The notes under the pieces are model-generated. The model did not search any database. It was given only the letters and a program-made list of their open reading frames with translations, and was not told the DNA's origin. This document shows positions 1 to 9,983 of a DNA stretch of 64,000 nt, piece after piece. Origin of the DNA: Planctomycetota bacterium (lineage in GTDB: Bacteria > Planctomycetota > Brocadiia > JAADGH01). The stretch spans positions 96,001 through 160,000 of the forward strand of contig JBFMAD010000003.1 of assembly GCA_040755855.1 (NCBI GenBank), given 5' to 3'. The translations under genes were made by a program, and so were the position numbers. The stretch's first letter is position 1; each line of letters opens with the position of its first letter.

Positions 1-380
1 ACTGGAAAGCAGGGGAATGGCATCATGTGGCGGCGCAATGGCAGATCGGCGACAAGGGCGACTGCGATATGGCCATCTACGTTGACGGTAAGAAGGTCTT
101 GGACAAAGTCCAGGTCGGCAAATACCCCGAGTTCCGCAAGGCCGACGAGATGCTGCCGATCCAGATCGGGGCGATGAATACGGGGGTGTGTCCGGCGGAC
201 GCAGCCATGGATGAACTGCGCATCTCCATCGAGCCGCGTTACCAGGCCGATTTCTCGCCGATGAAGCGGCCCGAACCCGACGACAAGACCGCCGTGATCT
301 TCCACTTCGACGGGAATCTGGAGGGACAGTCGGGCATGGACAAGCAGACCGTTGCGGCGGAACCGGGGAGCGCCGGCTGA
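1..380 (+). CDS. C-terminal part of a LamG/concanavalin A-like jelly-roll domain protein (5' partial)
   Basis: Frame 3 is open from the window start and reads WKAGEWHHVAAQW...IYVDGK...IQIG...MDELRIS, typical LamG-like motifs; stop at 380. Confidence 0.75.
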   Translation, partial: WKAGEWHHVAAQWQIGDKGDCDMAIYVDGKKVLDKVQVGKYPEFRKADEMLPIQIGAMNTGVCPADAAMDELRISIEPRYQADFSPMKRPEPDDKTAVIFHFDGNLEGQSGMDKQTVAAEPGSAG

Positions 381-384
381 GGGA

Positions 385-1206
385 TCAGAAGAAGAGGAAT
401 TTCTTTTTCTTCTTCGGCGGCTCCTGGCCTTCTTCCTTGTTCGCAGGCTCGTCTTTCTTCTCGGTTCCTGTCTCGGGGGCGGCCTTCACGTCCGCCGCGG
501 GTTTGGCCTCGGCCTTAACATCTTTTTTTGCCTTGTCCTTTTTTTCCGGCGCACCCGCCTTCGCCGGTTTTTCAGAGCTCTCGCGCCACCACTGCCGCCA
601 CGCCTCCTGATTTTGGCCCAGCGGCTGCCCAGTGAGAGCGCACAGACGCTCCGACGCCGTAAAGGCAACACTCGGATCTCTGTCGGCGAGCAAATCTATG
701 AGAGCCGGGACAGCCTCCTTCCCTCCCAGGTCGGCGATGGCAATCACGGCCGTCTGGCGGACGTGGGCCTCCCGGTCCCTCTGCGCGACCTTGGCCAATT
801 CCGGGATCAGCGATGAATCGTCATACTTTGCAAGGGATTTAATCGCGTCGCAGCGGACCAGCGCATCCCTGTCTCTTCCCGCAGCCTGCAAGAGAGCGCT
901 GATCCCGTCGGGGTCATGAAATCGTCCGAGCGCAACGGCGGCATATCCCCGAACGAGGCGGTCCTGGTCCCCCGCCAAAAGGAGACAAAGAAGTTCCATT
1001 ACTTCCTTCCGCCGATCTTTGGGCACCTTCCTCGGGTGTTCCATAATCCACTGCACGCTCTCGCGGCGAACATGGGCCGGGTGGTTCGACTTCAGCCCCT
1101 CGATGCGTTCGCCCATAGTCGGCTGGTGGAATAACTGCTTGCAGCCGATCAAGATCGTCGCCGTCGCGAGCAACATCATAATGGCATGATTTCGGCGTCT
1201 CGTCAT
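385..1206 (-). CDS. HEAT/PBS-lyase repeat protein, probable lipoprotein
   Basis: Signal peptide with ILIGC lipobox-like motif; repeats D.D.LVR..AA.ALG, DALVRCDAIKSL, HVRQTAVIAIA; Lys/Glu/Pro-rich tail. Confidence 0.8.
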   Translation of the reverse strand: MTRRRNHAIMMLLATATILIGCKQLFHQPTMGERIEGLKSNHPAHVRRESVQWIMEHPRKVPKDRRKEVMELLCLLLAGDQDRLVRGYAAVALGRFHDPDGISALLQAAGRDRDALVRCDAIKSLAKYDDSSLIPELAKVAQRDREAHVRQTAVIAIADLGGKEAVPALIDLLADRDPSVAFTASERLCALTGQPLGQNQEAWRQWWRESSEKPAKAGAPEKKDKAKKDVKAEAKPAADVKAAPETGTEKKDEPANKEEGQEPPKKKKKFLFF

Positions 1207-2255
1207 TGTGTAAATCGCCTCGTTACAGTGGATTTTTCAACAAACTTCATAACACCGTCTGCAATTGCAGCGGCGATCTCCCGAAGGTGAGCGGGATCCT
1301 GCAATCGGCGGGCCGTGGAGGGATTGGTCACAAAGCCGATCTCGATGAGCACTCCGGGACAGTGGCCTTTCCGCAGGACGCGCAGGGGGTGGTCCGTCTT
1401 GGTCCCACGGTCGTCGTCGCTCAGCCTTCCGCTAAGGGAGGACTGGATAGAACGGGAGAGTTCGTAACTTTCGATGCGGTACTCTTCCATCAAGGCGCAG
1501 AAGATTATGGCCTTGGCCACACTGTTCAGCACGGCCTCGCAACCGATTGCCTTGGGCGGCGGGTCGGCAATTCGCGCGGCCATCAGTCCCCGCGCGATAG
1601 CGGACCATGGGCCCTGATCCTCAACATAAAATATCTCGAACCCCTTCGCGTTGCTGGCCCGCGCGGCGTTGGCATGGATGCTGACAAATAGGTCGGCCCG
1701 TTCCCGATTGGCGATCATGGGACGATCGTCGAGCGAGATAAATGTGTCATCCTCGCGGGTCATCACCACATCTATCTGCTTGGCCGTGAGAATACGTTTC
1801 AGCTCCAGGCCGATGGCCAGCGTGACGTCCTTTTCCCTCACCCCGTAGCAGCCTTCCGCGCCGGGGTCCTTCCCGCCATGTCCCGGGTCAATGACCACTT
1901 TGAAAGCCGTGGGCGTGAGGGTGGGCCGCACAGGGGGCGCCGACTGCCCCCCGAGGTGTCCGCGCAGCAGACCGAACGAACTGCCTGGCACGACAACCTC
2001 CCCATAGCGCAGCGTCGCGCGGGCCGGCAGCGTCACCAGTGTGTCGTTCACAAGGACATCATACATCCCAGGGCAGATGACAATCTGGCTTGCGCCATCG
2101 GTAAGCGTTTGCCGGGACGTGGTCACATCGTTCTGGCACGTCATGCCCAAACGATTGGCAAGCTCTTCCACGGTGATAAACGATTCCGCAGCCGCGGAAC
2201 AGATCGCGAATAGGATAGGCGCACAGAAAAAGATGATTTGAAGAGACCGTTTCAT
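1203..2255 (-). CDS. N-acetylmuramoyl-L-alanine amidase (Amidase_3/AmiC-like)
   Basis: VVIDPGHGGKDPGA, EKDVTL, MTREDD, FVSIHANA and VLIEIGF zinc-ligand motifs; signal peptide; ATG 2255 has a GGAG RBS. Confidence 0.92.
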   Translation of the reverse strand: MKRSLQIIFFCAPILFAICSAAAESFITVEELANRLGMTCQNDVTTSRQTLTDGASQIVICPGMYDVLVNDTLVTLPARATLRYGEVVVPGSSFGLLRGHLGGQSAPPVRPTLTPTAFKVVIDPGHGGKDPGAEGCYGVREKDVTLAIGLELKRILTAKQIDVVMTREDDTFISLDDRPMIANRERADLFVSIHANAARASNAKGFEIFYVEDQGPWSAIARGLMAARIADPPPKAIGCEAVLNSVAKAIIFCALMEEYRIESYELSRSIQSSLSGRLSDDDRGTKTDHPLRVLRKGHCPGVLIEIGFVTNPSTARRLQDPAHLREIAAAIADGVMKFVEKSTVTRRFTQ

Positions 2256-2303
2256 ATCCTGCTCCAGCACGGGCCGTCCTTGCGGGTCCTTGCGCGGAAC
2301 CTT

Positions 2304-2332
2304 ATTATATCCAATCCATCTCGCATTGTAAA
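2304..2332 (-). promoter_or_regulatory. sigma70-type promoter for the Amidase_3/HEAT pair
   Basis: Minus strand TTTACA-17 nt-TATAAT. Confidence 0.6.
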
Positions 2333-2343
2333 GCGCCCGTAAA

Positions 2344-3006
2344 TCATCTGTATTTTCGCGTCGCTGCCAGGGCCGCTCCTTCGCGCAATTTCGCGCGAAT
2401 ATCGTCCATCGGCATTCTTGCCCCGGGACAAACGGTCGGTTTTGAATTTACTTCGCCATGCCCCACAATCCGTTCCACGGGGATATCAAAATCGTTTTGC
2501 AGATCCCGAAGGAGCCGCAGCAGCGACTTCGTCTGGGCGGGAGTGGGTGGGGACTTCATGAAGTCGCCCACCAGCCCGATGCCAATGCCCAGCTCATTCA
2601 CTTCCTCGCGGTCCACATGCCCCCCCTGCAACTGCTGCGTCCAACGCGGCGACACCTCGATCTCGCCATCGCCCGAACCCTGGCCGTTGCCGATCACGAA
2701 ATGATAAGCCAGACCATTTTCCATGTGTTTCTGTTCGCGATGGTATTTGTCGAAAAGCGCCGCATTTCCCGATTCGGTCGCGCTGTGATGAACAACTATC
2801 GTCCGCCAGGGTCGGATCACCGCGTCGGGGTGAATCTCATACCTCTCGCGCAGGCGGTCGTCCGCCGTCATCGTGTAACGTCCATAAAGGATGTTGATGA
2901 TGCAAGCAACCAGCACCGCGCCGCCAAGCAGGGTGATGAGCAGGCGCGTATCGCTTCGGTTCTCAGAACTGCTTCCTGCTGTCGAGGAGGATGGTGACCG
3001 GCCCAT
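2344..3006 (-). CDS. N-acetylmuramoyl-L-alanine amidase (Amidase_2/PGRP-like), membrane-anchored
   Basis: [33 protein letters not shown] and TVCPG motifs; N-terminal TM helix; start uncertain because it overlaps dtd. Confidence 0.88.
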   Translation of the reverse strand: MGRSPSSSTAGSSSENRSDTRLLITLLGGAVLVACIINILYGRYTMTADDRLRERYEIHPDAVIRPWRTIVVHHSATESGNAALFDKYHREQKHMENGLAYHFVIGNGQGSGDGEIEVSPRWTQQLQGGHVDREEVNELGIGIGLVGDFMKSPPTPAQTKSLLRLLRDLQNDFDIPVERIVGHGEVNSKPTVCPGARMPMDDIRAKLREGAALAATRKYR

Positions 3007-3415
3007 CGTTCCGTACGTTGACCTCCATCATGGCCTGAAACTCGCCCGTCGCCGTCTTGACCCCGAGCGCCCGGACCCGATCCACGCAATACTCATAGAG
3101 GCGGTTGGCCTTGCTCGGCTCGGCCGCCTCCACAAAGGATGGCCGCTTTCCCTTCCGACAGTCGCCGTAGAGCGTGAACTGCGAGACGAGGAGGACGCCG
3201 CCCTCGACGTCTTTGACGCTGACGTTCATCTTGCCTTCGGCGTCGGGGAAAATCCGCAGCCCGACGATTTTCTCCGCCAGGTATTCGGCGTCCTTCTCAC
3301 TGTCGCCCTCCCCCACCCCGAGGAAAACGACCAATCCGCGGCCGATCTCCCCTACCGCACGCCCACCCACCCGAACCGCTCCTTCGAAAACACGCTGCAC
3401 AACCGCCCGCATCAT
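2963..3415 (-). CDS. dtd: D-aminoacyl-tRNA deacylase
   Basis: [26 protein letters not shown] and NDGPVT motifs. Confidence 0.97.
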   Translation of the reverse strand: MMRAVVQRVFEGAVRVGGRAVGEIGRGLVVFLGVGEGDSEKDAEYLAEKIVGLRIFPDAEGKMNVSVKDVEGGVLLVSQFTLYGDCRKGKRPSFVEAAEPSKANRLYEYCVDRVRALGVKTATGEFQAMMEVNVRNDGPVTILLDSRKQF

Positions 3416-3591
3416 ATCCCCCTAAGTGGACATAATGTCTTTGTGATGTCACGCAGCACGAAAGAAACGGGACCTAACGTAGAAGGCGGTTTCACAAAAG
3501 TGTGGCAAGGTATTCGGAACAACGATTGTGGCAATATCGCCTCTTTGACAAGCGAGAAATGCCTGCACAGTACATACGTCCATAGTTTTTT

Positions 3592-3620
3592 ATTATATCA
3601 AAAAATTTCGGCATTTTCAA
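3592..3620 (-). promoter_or_regulatory. sigma70-type promoter upstream of dtd
   Basis: Minus strand TTGAAA-17 nt-TATAAT with extended -10 (TGaTATAAT) in an AT-rich tract. Confidence 0.65.
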
Positions 3621-3661
3621 GTATGCCAAGAGCTGCCCCCCTCCTTCGGCCGCGCCGCGAC

Positions 3662-4477
3662 TCATAAAAGGCTGCACAACCAGTCGAAGTTCGTTTCCAG
3701 CCGATTGATTCGTTCCTCGACTGTATCGCCCTCCAACTTGCATTCGTAGTCGAATGGGCCGGCGTAAGCGATGTCCCGGAGCGCGCGCAGAAATGCCTTC
3801 CAGTCAATAACCCCTGTGCCGGGGGTCTGGTGTTTTTCGTCCACACCGTCGTAATCCGAAAGGTGCAATGCAAACAGCCGATCGCCAAGGGAGCGAACGG
3901 CGCCGGGGAGGGTAGCATATCGGTCCATAAAGTGGTTTGTATCCAGACACACGCCGGCGATCTGTGGGTCCAGTCCATCCAGCAGGAGCAGCAGTTCTTC
4001 CACCGAATTGCCCAGGCAGGTTCGCGGCAGCAATTCGACGGCGACCCTTTTCTTCAGCGCAGCGCATCGGGCGACGATCTGGGCAAGGGATTTCCGGGCC
4101 TGGTCCAATCGCCGGCTCCGATGGTCCGCCTCGATCGGCTCCGCGCTGGCATGAACCACGAATAGAGGGGCGTCAAATTGGATTGCAAGAGGGACGGCTT
4201 CCTCGAATGTTTTCAGCGCCCGACCTCGCGCCGCCTCATCCAGCACGGAAATATCGTGCGGCCCGCCGAACGGCACATGCACGCTGGCGGCTTCGATGCC
4301 TCGCTCCCTGCACATTACCTTGACCATGTCCACCTTTCGCGGAGCATCGTCCCCTTCGAAGATGCGCGGGAAGAGTTCAAGTGTGCGGATACGAGACCGG
4401 GCAACGGCGGAGATTGCCGGTTCGGTTAACTCGGTGGCGATCGTGTGCAACGAGACGCCGAGTCGTGGTTGAAACAT
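3662..4477 (-). CDS. Sugar phosphate isomerase/epimerase (xylose isomerase-like TIM barrel)
   Basis: SVHVPF, VAVELLPR, CLDTNH, LHLSDYDG..EKH..PG.G.IDW motifs. Confidence 0.88.
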   Translation of the reverse strand: MFQPRLGVSLHTIATELTEPAISAVARSRIRTLELFPRIFEGDDAPRKVDMVKVMCRERGIEAASVHVPFGGPHDISVLDEAARGRALKTFEEAVPLAIQFDAPLFVVHASAEPIEADHRSRRLDQARKSLAQIVARCAALKKRVAVELLPRTCLGNSVEELLLLLDGLDPQIAGVCLDTNHFMDRYATLPGAVRSLGDRLFALHLSDYDGVDEKHQTPGTGVIDWKAFLRALRDIAYAGPFDYECKLEGDTVEERINRLETNFDWLCSLL

Positions 4478-4549
4478 TTGACACATCCTTTTCGATTATG
4501 AAAACAGCGGTCGCCTCAAAATGGAAGCGACCGCTGTCTATAGATGGGC

Positions 4550-5392
4550 TTACTGGCTCAAAATTTTGGCGCGGAGGTCCGTCAACAGCTTGATCGCGTT
4601 GGCGATGTCGCGCTTCTGCTCCGGACCGTGGATCTCGCGCTCGATGGTCAGCGCCCCGTCGTAGCCGATTTCTTTTAGCGTGCGGAGGAAATTCTCCATC
4701 CCCACCGCGCCCTGGCCGAGGGGCACCTCCTTGCCCCAGGTCTCGCCGGGCTTGTCGGACCAGACGGCGTCCTTGCAATGGCAGCTCCGGACGCGCTTGC
4801 CGACCTTTCGCAGGGCCGCGATGGGTTCACCCGATCCGTAGAGGATCATGTTGGCAGGGTCGAAGTTGACGGCCAGATTGTCCTTCCCGACATCGGCTAT
4901 GAAGCCCAACAGGCCGTCCGCCGTTTCCTGGCCCGTCTCGAGATGCAGGCGCTGGCCGTTCTTTGCGCAGTGGTCGCACAACTGGCGCGTCGCCTTGATG
5001 ACGGCGGCCCGATTCGGGTCGGACTTGTCCTCCGGGATGAAGCCCAGGTGCATGCCCAGGGCGTCGCAGCCGAGTCCCTTGGCGAAGTCGGCGTTACGCT
5101 TGGCGATCTTCAGCCGCGCTGTCCTCGTCTCCGGCGGGACGAGGCCGACGGTCTTTTTCACCGTCGGGATGTCGGCATAGCTTTCGCCCTCGAAGCCGCT
5201 GAAGACGACGGTTACTTTGACGCCCGCGTCGTCGAACTGTTTCTTGAACTCGGCGGCCTTCTCCGCAGTCGCCATGTCCTTGTGCGGGGCGTGGAGTTGC
5301 ACGGTCGGCACGCCCAGTTCCTTCACCGCATCCAGGCCCGCGCCAAGACCCGCGCCGACCGACGTAAAAATCCCAAGCGGCCATTTTTCCAC
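4550..5392 (-). CDS. Sugar phosphate isomerase/epimerase family protein
   Basis: LHLETGQE, VNFDPAN, HCKD, G.G.V, LTIEREI motifs; GTG start at 5392 with GGAGG RBS. Confidence 0.9.
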   Translation of the reverse strand: MEKWPLGIFTSVGAGLGAGLDAVKELGVPTVQLHAPHKDMATAEKAAEFKKQFDDAGVKVTVVFSGFEGESYADIPTVKKTVGLVPPETRTARLKIAKRNADFAKGLGCDALGMHLGFIPEDKSDPNRAAVIKATRQLCDHCAKNGQRLHLETGQETADGLLGFIADVGKDNLAVNFDPANMILYGSGEPIAALRKVGKRVRSCHCKDAVWSDKPGETWGKEVPLGQGAVGMENFLRTLKEIGYDGALTIEREIHGPEQKRDIANAIKLLTDLRAKILSQ

Positions 5393-5413
5393 AGCAGTAC
5401 CTCCTGTTTCTTC

Positions 5414-5445
5414 AGAATTGAGAATGGAGAATAGTGAATTGAGAA
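5414..5445. repeat. Short intergenic heptamer tandem repeat
   Basis: AGAATTG AGAATGG AGAATAG TGAATTG AGAA. Confidence 0.6.
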
Positions 5446-5541
5446 AAAGCAATTCACCCGAATCAGGTCAACATGATACGGGAGTCATCGCCGGAAAGCA
5501 AGGCGATTCCCAAAATCAGAAATCTCCCTTCCTGTTTGCGA

Positions 5542-6576
5542 TCAAACCCAATTCAGTGGATATTTCCCCCAATCGCGGAACGCCTCGTACAGGGCCTTGA
5601 CATTTTCGAAGGGGACATCAGGGCCAACCTCCCCGTGCAGGATGATGCCGCCGTTGAAGTTCCCGAACAGGGCGATGACTTCCTTGACGGCCTCCGTGAT
5701 TTCCTCCTTCGTGCCGCGAGGGATAAGGTACTGGCGGTCAATGTCTGTGCGGATGCAGACCTTGCCGCCGATCAGGTCTGCCACGCGCTTGTTGCCCATG
5801 ATCGTATGCTGCGGGTTGAGAACCTGCACCCCGATCTCGATCAGGTCCTCCATGATCTCGTAGATCCAGCCGTCGGTGTGGAACCAGACGTAGGCCCCTC
5901 CGTCGCGGACCACGTCGAACATCCGCTTGTAGCGGGGTTTGTAGAACCGCCGCCACATGGCCGGACTCATCAGGAGGGCGTTCTGCGCCCCAAGGTCGTC
6001 GCCGAAAGTGATCGCGTCTGGCCTGGCCGGAAGTATCTTCTTGATGTTCGCAATATGGTGATCTACCAGCCGGTCCACAAGATCGTGCGCCTCCCGCCGA
6101 TCCTCCGCGAGGTCCATGAGGAAGTTCGCCGGGCCGCGCATGTGCTGGGCATGCTGAAAGATCGAACCGCCTCCGCCCTTCACAAAGTATTTTGGATGCC
6201 GGGCCTCGATGTGCCGGCGCGTCCGGGCGGCGGCCTCGTCGCTCATCGGCGAGGGGAAGCGATAGTCGCCCCACTTGTCCCACGTGGGCAAGGCCGGCTC
6301 CTTGATCTCGCCCGACGTGTACCCGCCGAGGCGATACCAGAGGATGCCCCATCCATCGCGCCATTCGATGACCTCATTCGGGTCAGATGGCTTTACCGCC
6401 ATGTTCGCCCTCACGGCCTCGTTGCCTGAGTCGTCTTCGTGTTCCGTCACGAGGTCTATCAGTTTTTGCCCGTGGCGCCAGAAGGCGCCGGGAAAGATGT
6501 AATGATCCGTCGGGACGCGGTCCGGTCCTTTGAACTCGACCGCCGCGCGCATCCGTTCTCGACATGTCATACCCAT
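5542..6576 (-). CDS. Uroporphyrinogen decarboxylase (URO-D/methyltransferase) family protein
   Basis: MT.RER..AA....PDRVP, D.WG..W, RGPANFLMDL, GDDLGAQ....SP..WR, FHTDG. Confidence 0.88.
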   Translation of the reverse strand: MGMTCRERMRAAVEFKGPDRVPTDHYIFPGAFWRHGQKLIDLVTEHEDDSGNEAVRANMAVKPSDPNEVIEWRDGWGILWYRLGGYTSGEIKEPALPTWDKWGDYRFPSPMSDEAAARTRRHIEARHPKYFVKGGGGSIFQHAQHMRGPANFLMDLAEDRREAHDLVDRLVDHHIANIKKILPARPDAITFGDDLGAQNALLMSPAMWRRFYKPRYKRMFDVVRDGGAYVWFHTDGWIYEIMEDLIEIGVQVLNPQHTIMGNKRVADLIGGKVCIRTDIDRQYLIPRGTKEEITEAVKEVIALFGNFNGGIILHGEVGPDVPFENVKALYEAFRDWGKYPLNWV

Positions 6577-6598
6577 CGCTCTGTCTCGTTGCTCCTGC

Positions 6599-7141
6599 TC
6601 ACGCTTTTTCGATTTTCTCTCTTATCACATTCCATCGTTGCCGGTCGTCCTCGTCCCGAATCACCGGATCGAAGCCGGCGCGAAGGTAAGATTTGATCGC
6701 TGGAATGCGAAAGTCATCGGTATGCAGCATTACCTCGCGGTAGCCCTTCTCGCGGAAGCAATGGAGGACAAGGTTGACAAGCAGCCGCCCAAGGCCGTGG
6801 CCCTGGTGTTCCGGCGCGACGGCGACCATGTGCAGGTAGCCCGTCCCCTGGGGGAAACCCTCGCGCTCCCAGGCGCAGGCGGTGCCGACGGCCCGACCGT
6901 CCTGGGTGACGAAGAACAGTCGGTCCGGCTCAAACAACGGCTGTCCCGTGATGGCCTCGCGCGCGGTCTCGGCGGTTCTTTCCTTGCCCCCGAAGGACCG
7001 GTTTACCACATCGGCCCAGGCCGCCTCGTCGCCGGGGAGATAAGTCCTAACCTCATATCCCGCCGGGACTTGGATCGGCGGCAGATCGTTCAACGTTGCG
7101 CGGCGCATGAGGAGTTGGGGGCGTTTTTTCTGCTCGGACAT
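6599..7141 (-). CDS. GNAT family N-acetyltransferase
   Basis: VAVAPEHQGHGLG acetyl-CoA motif A; AIKSYLRAGF. Confidence 0.9.
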   Translation of the reverse strand: MSEQKKRPQLLMRRATLNDLPPIQVPAGYEVRTYLPGDEAAWADVVNRSFGGKERTAETAREAITGQPLFEPDRLFFVTQDGRAVGTACAWEREGFPQGTGYLHMVAVAPEHQGHGLGRLLVNLVLHCFREKGYREVMLHTDDFRIPAIKSYLRAGFDPVIRDEDDRQRWNVIREKIEKA

Positions 7142-8181
7142 TACTGCGTTCCCTTCATTCGTTTTTCAACGGCCCGGATCAACTTCATGCCGTTGCGGAA
7201 GAACATATCCTCGACGAATTTCCGGGATAGCCCAAGCCGCTCGACGGCCTTGCGGATGGCGCGGAGCTCCTCATAGGCGAACGACGTGAAGACCAGTTTG
7301 CCGTGATCGTCAGTGATCGAAAGCTCCCACGGCACGGGGGTCACGTAGGTGTATTGGTGGTTGATTTCGATGGACTTGCCCGGCGCGACGGCGATCGGGA
7401 GGTCCGTGCCGTAGAGCACTTTGTGCGGCTCAACGTTCGCAAAGAAGTATTCCAGGACTTCCCAGTGGTTCAACATGGCGACGTCGAAATAGACGTTCGG
7501 CAGCGGCGCGATGCGGTCCAGATGACCGACGATATTTTTCAGGTAATACGCCCGTCCGATGTGGGCGAGGATGATGGTTGCGTTGGGGAACCGATTCGCC
7601 ATTTCCACCACCTGCTCCTGGTTCTTCGCATCGGCGAGGCGCTCCTTGCGCGGGACGTGGAGCATCACGAGCAGGCCGAGTTCGTCGGCTACGGCCATGA
7701 GCGGATCGGGCAGCATGTCAATGATCTCGACGTCATTTGGGTCAGGCGTGTCCACGTATCGTAGATAGGGTTTTAGACCGAGGAACCGTCGTTCGATGAT
7801 GTCGCGCCGCACCGCGTCGGGGTCCTCCTCGGGACGGATCAACCGGAAGGGGAAGAACCGCTTGTGGTCGCACTCCCGCGCCACATAGTCGTTGTTGATG
7901 ACCGAATCCATGTCGCGGTGCGGCGTCCCGAAGCAGACGGCGTAGCAGTCCCTGCCGGGGTATAGATCGGCAAGGTCCCCGCGAAGCTCGTCGAGCGTAT
8001 AGCGCCGGATACGGTGGCCGCCTGCGGACCAGCCCTCATGGTCCGGGGACATGATCGCTTCAGGGAATACGTGGACGTGAAAATCCAAAATCTTCGTTGG
8101 GAGAAAATCGTCTATCTCCTCGCGGAAGATATTCATGTTGCGCGCTTGCCGCGTGGTTTCCTTCCACGTTTCCAAAATCAA
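7141..8181 (-). CDS. Amidohydrolase_2 family metal-dependent hydrolase
   Basis: DFHVH, VMLHVP, ILAHIG, YFDVA and LYGTD motifs. Confidence 0.85.
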   Translation of the reverse strand: MILETWKETTRQARNMNIFREEIDDFLPTKILDFHVHVFPEAIMSPDHEGWSAGGHRIRRYTLDELRGDLADLYPGRDCYAVCFGTPHRDMDSVINNDYVARECDHKRFFPFRLIRPEEDPDAVRRDIIERRFLGLKPYLRYVDTPDPNDVEIIDMLPDPLMAVADELGLLVMLHVPRKERLADAKNQEQVVEMANRFPNATIILAHIGRAYYLKNIVGHLDRIAPLPNVYFDVAMLNHWEVLEYFFANVEPHKVLYGTDLPIAVAPGKSIEINHQYTYVTPVPWELSITDDHGKLVFTSFAYEELRAIRKAVERLGLSRKFVEDMFFRNGMKLIRAVEKRMKGTQ

Positions 8182-9956
8182 GACTCCTGAAAAACAATGA
8201 TTTCGAGTTCATGCCGCCCTTGCGGGACGACGACGTACGCCCACTTCCGCCCGAAGGTCCGCTCCACCGTCATGCGGGCCGCTGAACCGTCGCACAACAC
8301 TCGCACATCGTCGTTACGCAATGGAATCTTCACCACCATCCCGCGCGGGTGGGCGGCCGTGGCGACGCATCGCATACCGGCATCGGAGATCGCCACATCG
8401 CCAATTGTGGACCTGCTGCGGGAATTCCACCAGTGGCAGAGTTCGTCGTTGCCCATGTGAACAACTACGGCTTTTTTCTCCTGGATGTAACGCAGTACCT
8501 CGCGGATCGCACGGCGGCAGTTCTCCCGCTTCGCCACATTTGGCGGATGGTAGAACATATTCAGGGTCAGGTGATAGGCGCAGGCGAGGTCCACGCACTT
8601 GTGAATCAGATCGAAGTCGGTCCTGTCCGGTTCCGTGTAGGAGTATCCGACCTCGTAGGCCGCGATCGGCTCGCTCAAAAAATCCAATCGTTCGTTCCCG
8701 CGTGTGTGGTCGCAATAGATGTGAAAGGGAAACGCCGTGCCAAACGAGAAGCCGATCATGTTCACGGGATTGAGCGGCGGCGAGGGGGCATGGATTCGGG
8801 AATTGTCCGCCCTGCCGCCGCACTCCCCCATCCACAGGGCCGGCTCCGCCCAGCCCGTCCAGAGACACCAGTGAAACACCGAGCAGACCGACGGTCGCCC
8901 AAAGCGCCGCGTGAACCAGTCCATTTGTTTATGGATGTCATCGCGCGTCAAGCGGAGTGGATGCGTATGACCGTCAATGAAATTGAGGTGGAGCGCCAGC
9001 TCGTGGCCGTTCGCCTCGATCTCCCTTGCCTCATCGTCCGTGAGGGCAAAGACGCCGTTGCGCGGCATGATGTTGAGATGGTAGGGCAGGCCCATTTCGC
9101 GCATGAATCGCGACGAGGCGACCTGCGCCCCGGCCACGCCCTCGTCGTCGCCGCCCCAGTAGAGGAGGGCGTCGGGGACGCGACCGTCCATCGGCGGGAG
9201 TTGATGGATGAGAGGAATTCCCGCCTCGGCGATCATGTTCTGCAAGAGGAACACGATTTCATCGGCGTACATCACCTCGAGTTTATTGCCGCGAGTAACG
9301 ACGGCGTCGCTCAGGCGGAGGTAGCCGTCGCCGTCATAGTCCCGATCCACCGGCCGGCCCTGCTGGAGGACCCACAGCGTCTTGGGGACATCGAAGGCGA
9401 AGTAGAAGGCATGACCGTCGCCCCATCGCCGATGGGTCACGGCGGCGAAGCCGGTATCGCGGTCATGCAGATCGAAGAGCCGGGCCAGTTCATGCGACTC
9501 CCTGGGGAGGACGTTTCGCACATCCGAGAAGATGAGGAGCTTTTGGTCGGGATGGAGATAGGAATGGATGCCCGCCGTCAGGGGATCGTCTTGCAGGGCG
9601 AATCGCGCCGAGAGCGTGAAATCATCTTCCGGTTGCGGCGTGACAGACGCACATTCGTTGCCGAATAGATCGTCCAGCCCTTCCATGCCGAAAGCGATCA
9701 GCACGCCTCCGGCGGATACCCACGCATCCAACGCGGCATCGGCAGGCAGGTCCTCCTTTCCCAAGCTCCCGAGCATCAAGACCTTGAATGGCGAAAGGCC
9801 GTCCCGCGTCAGGTCCCGACGGGGGATCGCGGTCGCCGTCGCGCCCAGGCGGTCGCAGACTTCCTTGACGTACTCATGCCAGTAGTTTCGCCCCGCTCGG
9901 TTGGCTTCCGCGCGCAGGTCGGGATCATGGTTGAAGGCGACGATGGAGGCCGCCAT
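8178..9956 (-). CDS. Hypothetical protein with glutamine-amidotransferase-like N-terminus and polysaccharide deacetylase-like C-terminus
   Basis: WVSAGGVLI motif; GDDEG, GHELALH, MFYHP deacetylase-like motifs; overlaps the downstream gene start. Confidence 0.6.
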   Translation of the reverse strand: MAASIVAFNHDPDLRAEANRAGRNYWHEYVKEVCDRLGATATAIPRRDLTRDGLSPFKVLMLGSLGKEDLPADAALDAWVSAGGVLIAFGMEGLDDLFGNECASVTPQPEDDFTLSARFALQDDPLTAGIHSYLHPDQKLLIFSDVRNVLPRESHELARLFDLHDRDTGFAAVTHRRWGDGHAFYFAFDVPKTLWVLQQGRPVDRDYDGDGYLRLSDAVVTRGNKLEVMYADEIVFLLQNMIAEAGIPLIHQLPPMDGRVPDALLYWGGDDEGVAGAQVASSRFMREMGLPYHLNIMPRNGVFALTDDEAREIEANGHELALHLNFIDGHTHPLRLTRDDIHKQMDWFTRRFGRPSVCSVFHWCLWTGWAEPALWMGECGGRADNSRIHAPSPPLNPVNMIGFSFGTAFPFHIYCDHTRGNERLDFLSEPIAAYEVGYSYTEPDRTDFDLIHKCVDLACAYHLTLNMFYHPPNVAKRENCRRAIREVLRYIQEKKAVVVHMGNDELCHWWNSRSRSTIGDVAISDAGMRCVATAAHPRGMVVKIPLRNDDVRVLCDGSAARMTVERTFGRKWAYVVVPQGRHELEIIVFQES

Positions 9957-9983
9957 ATATATCCTCGCACGCCGTCGGCGGCG

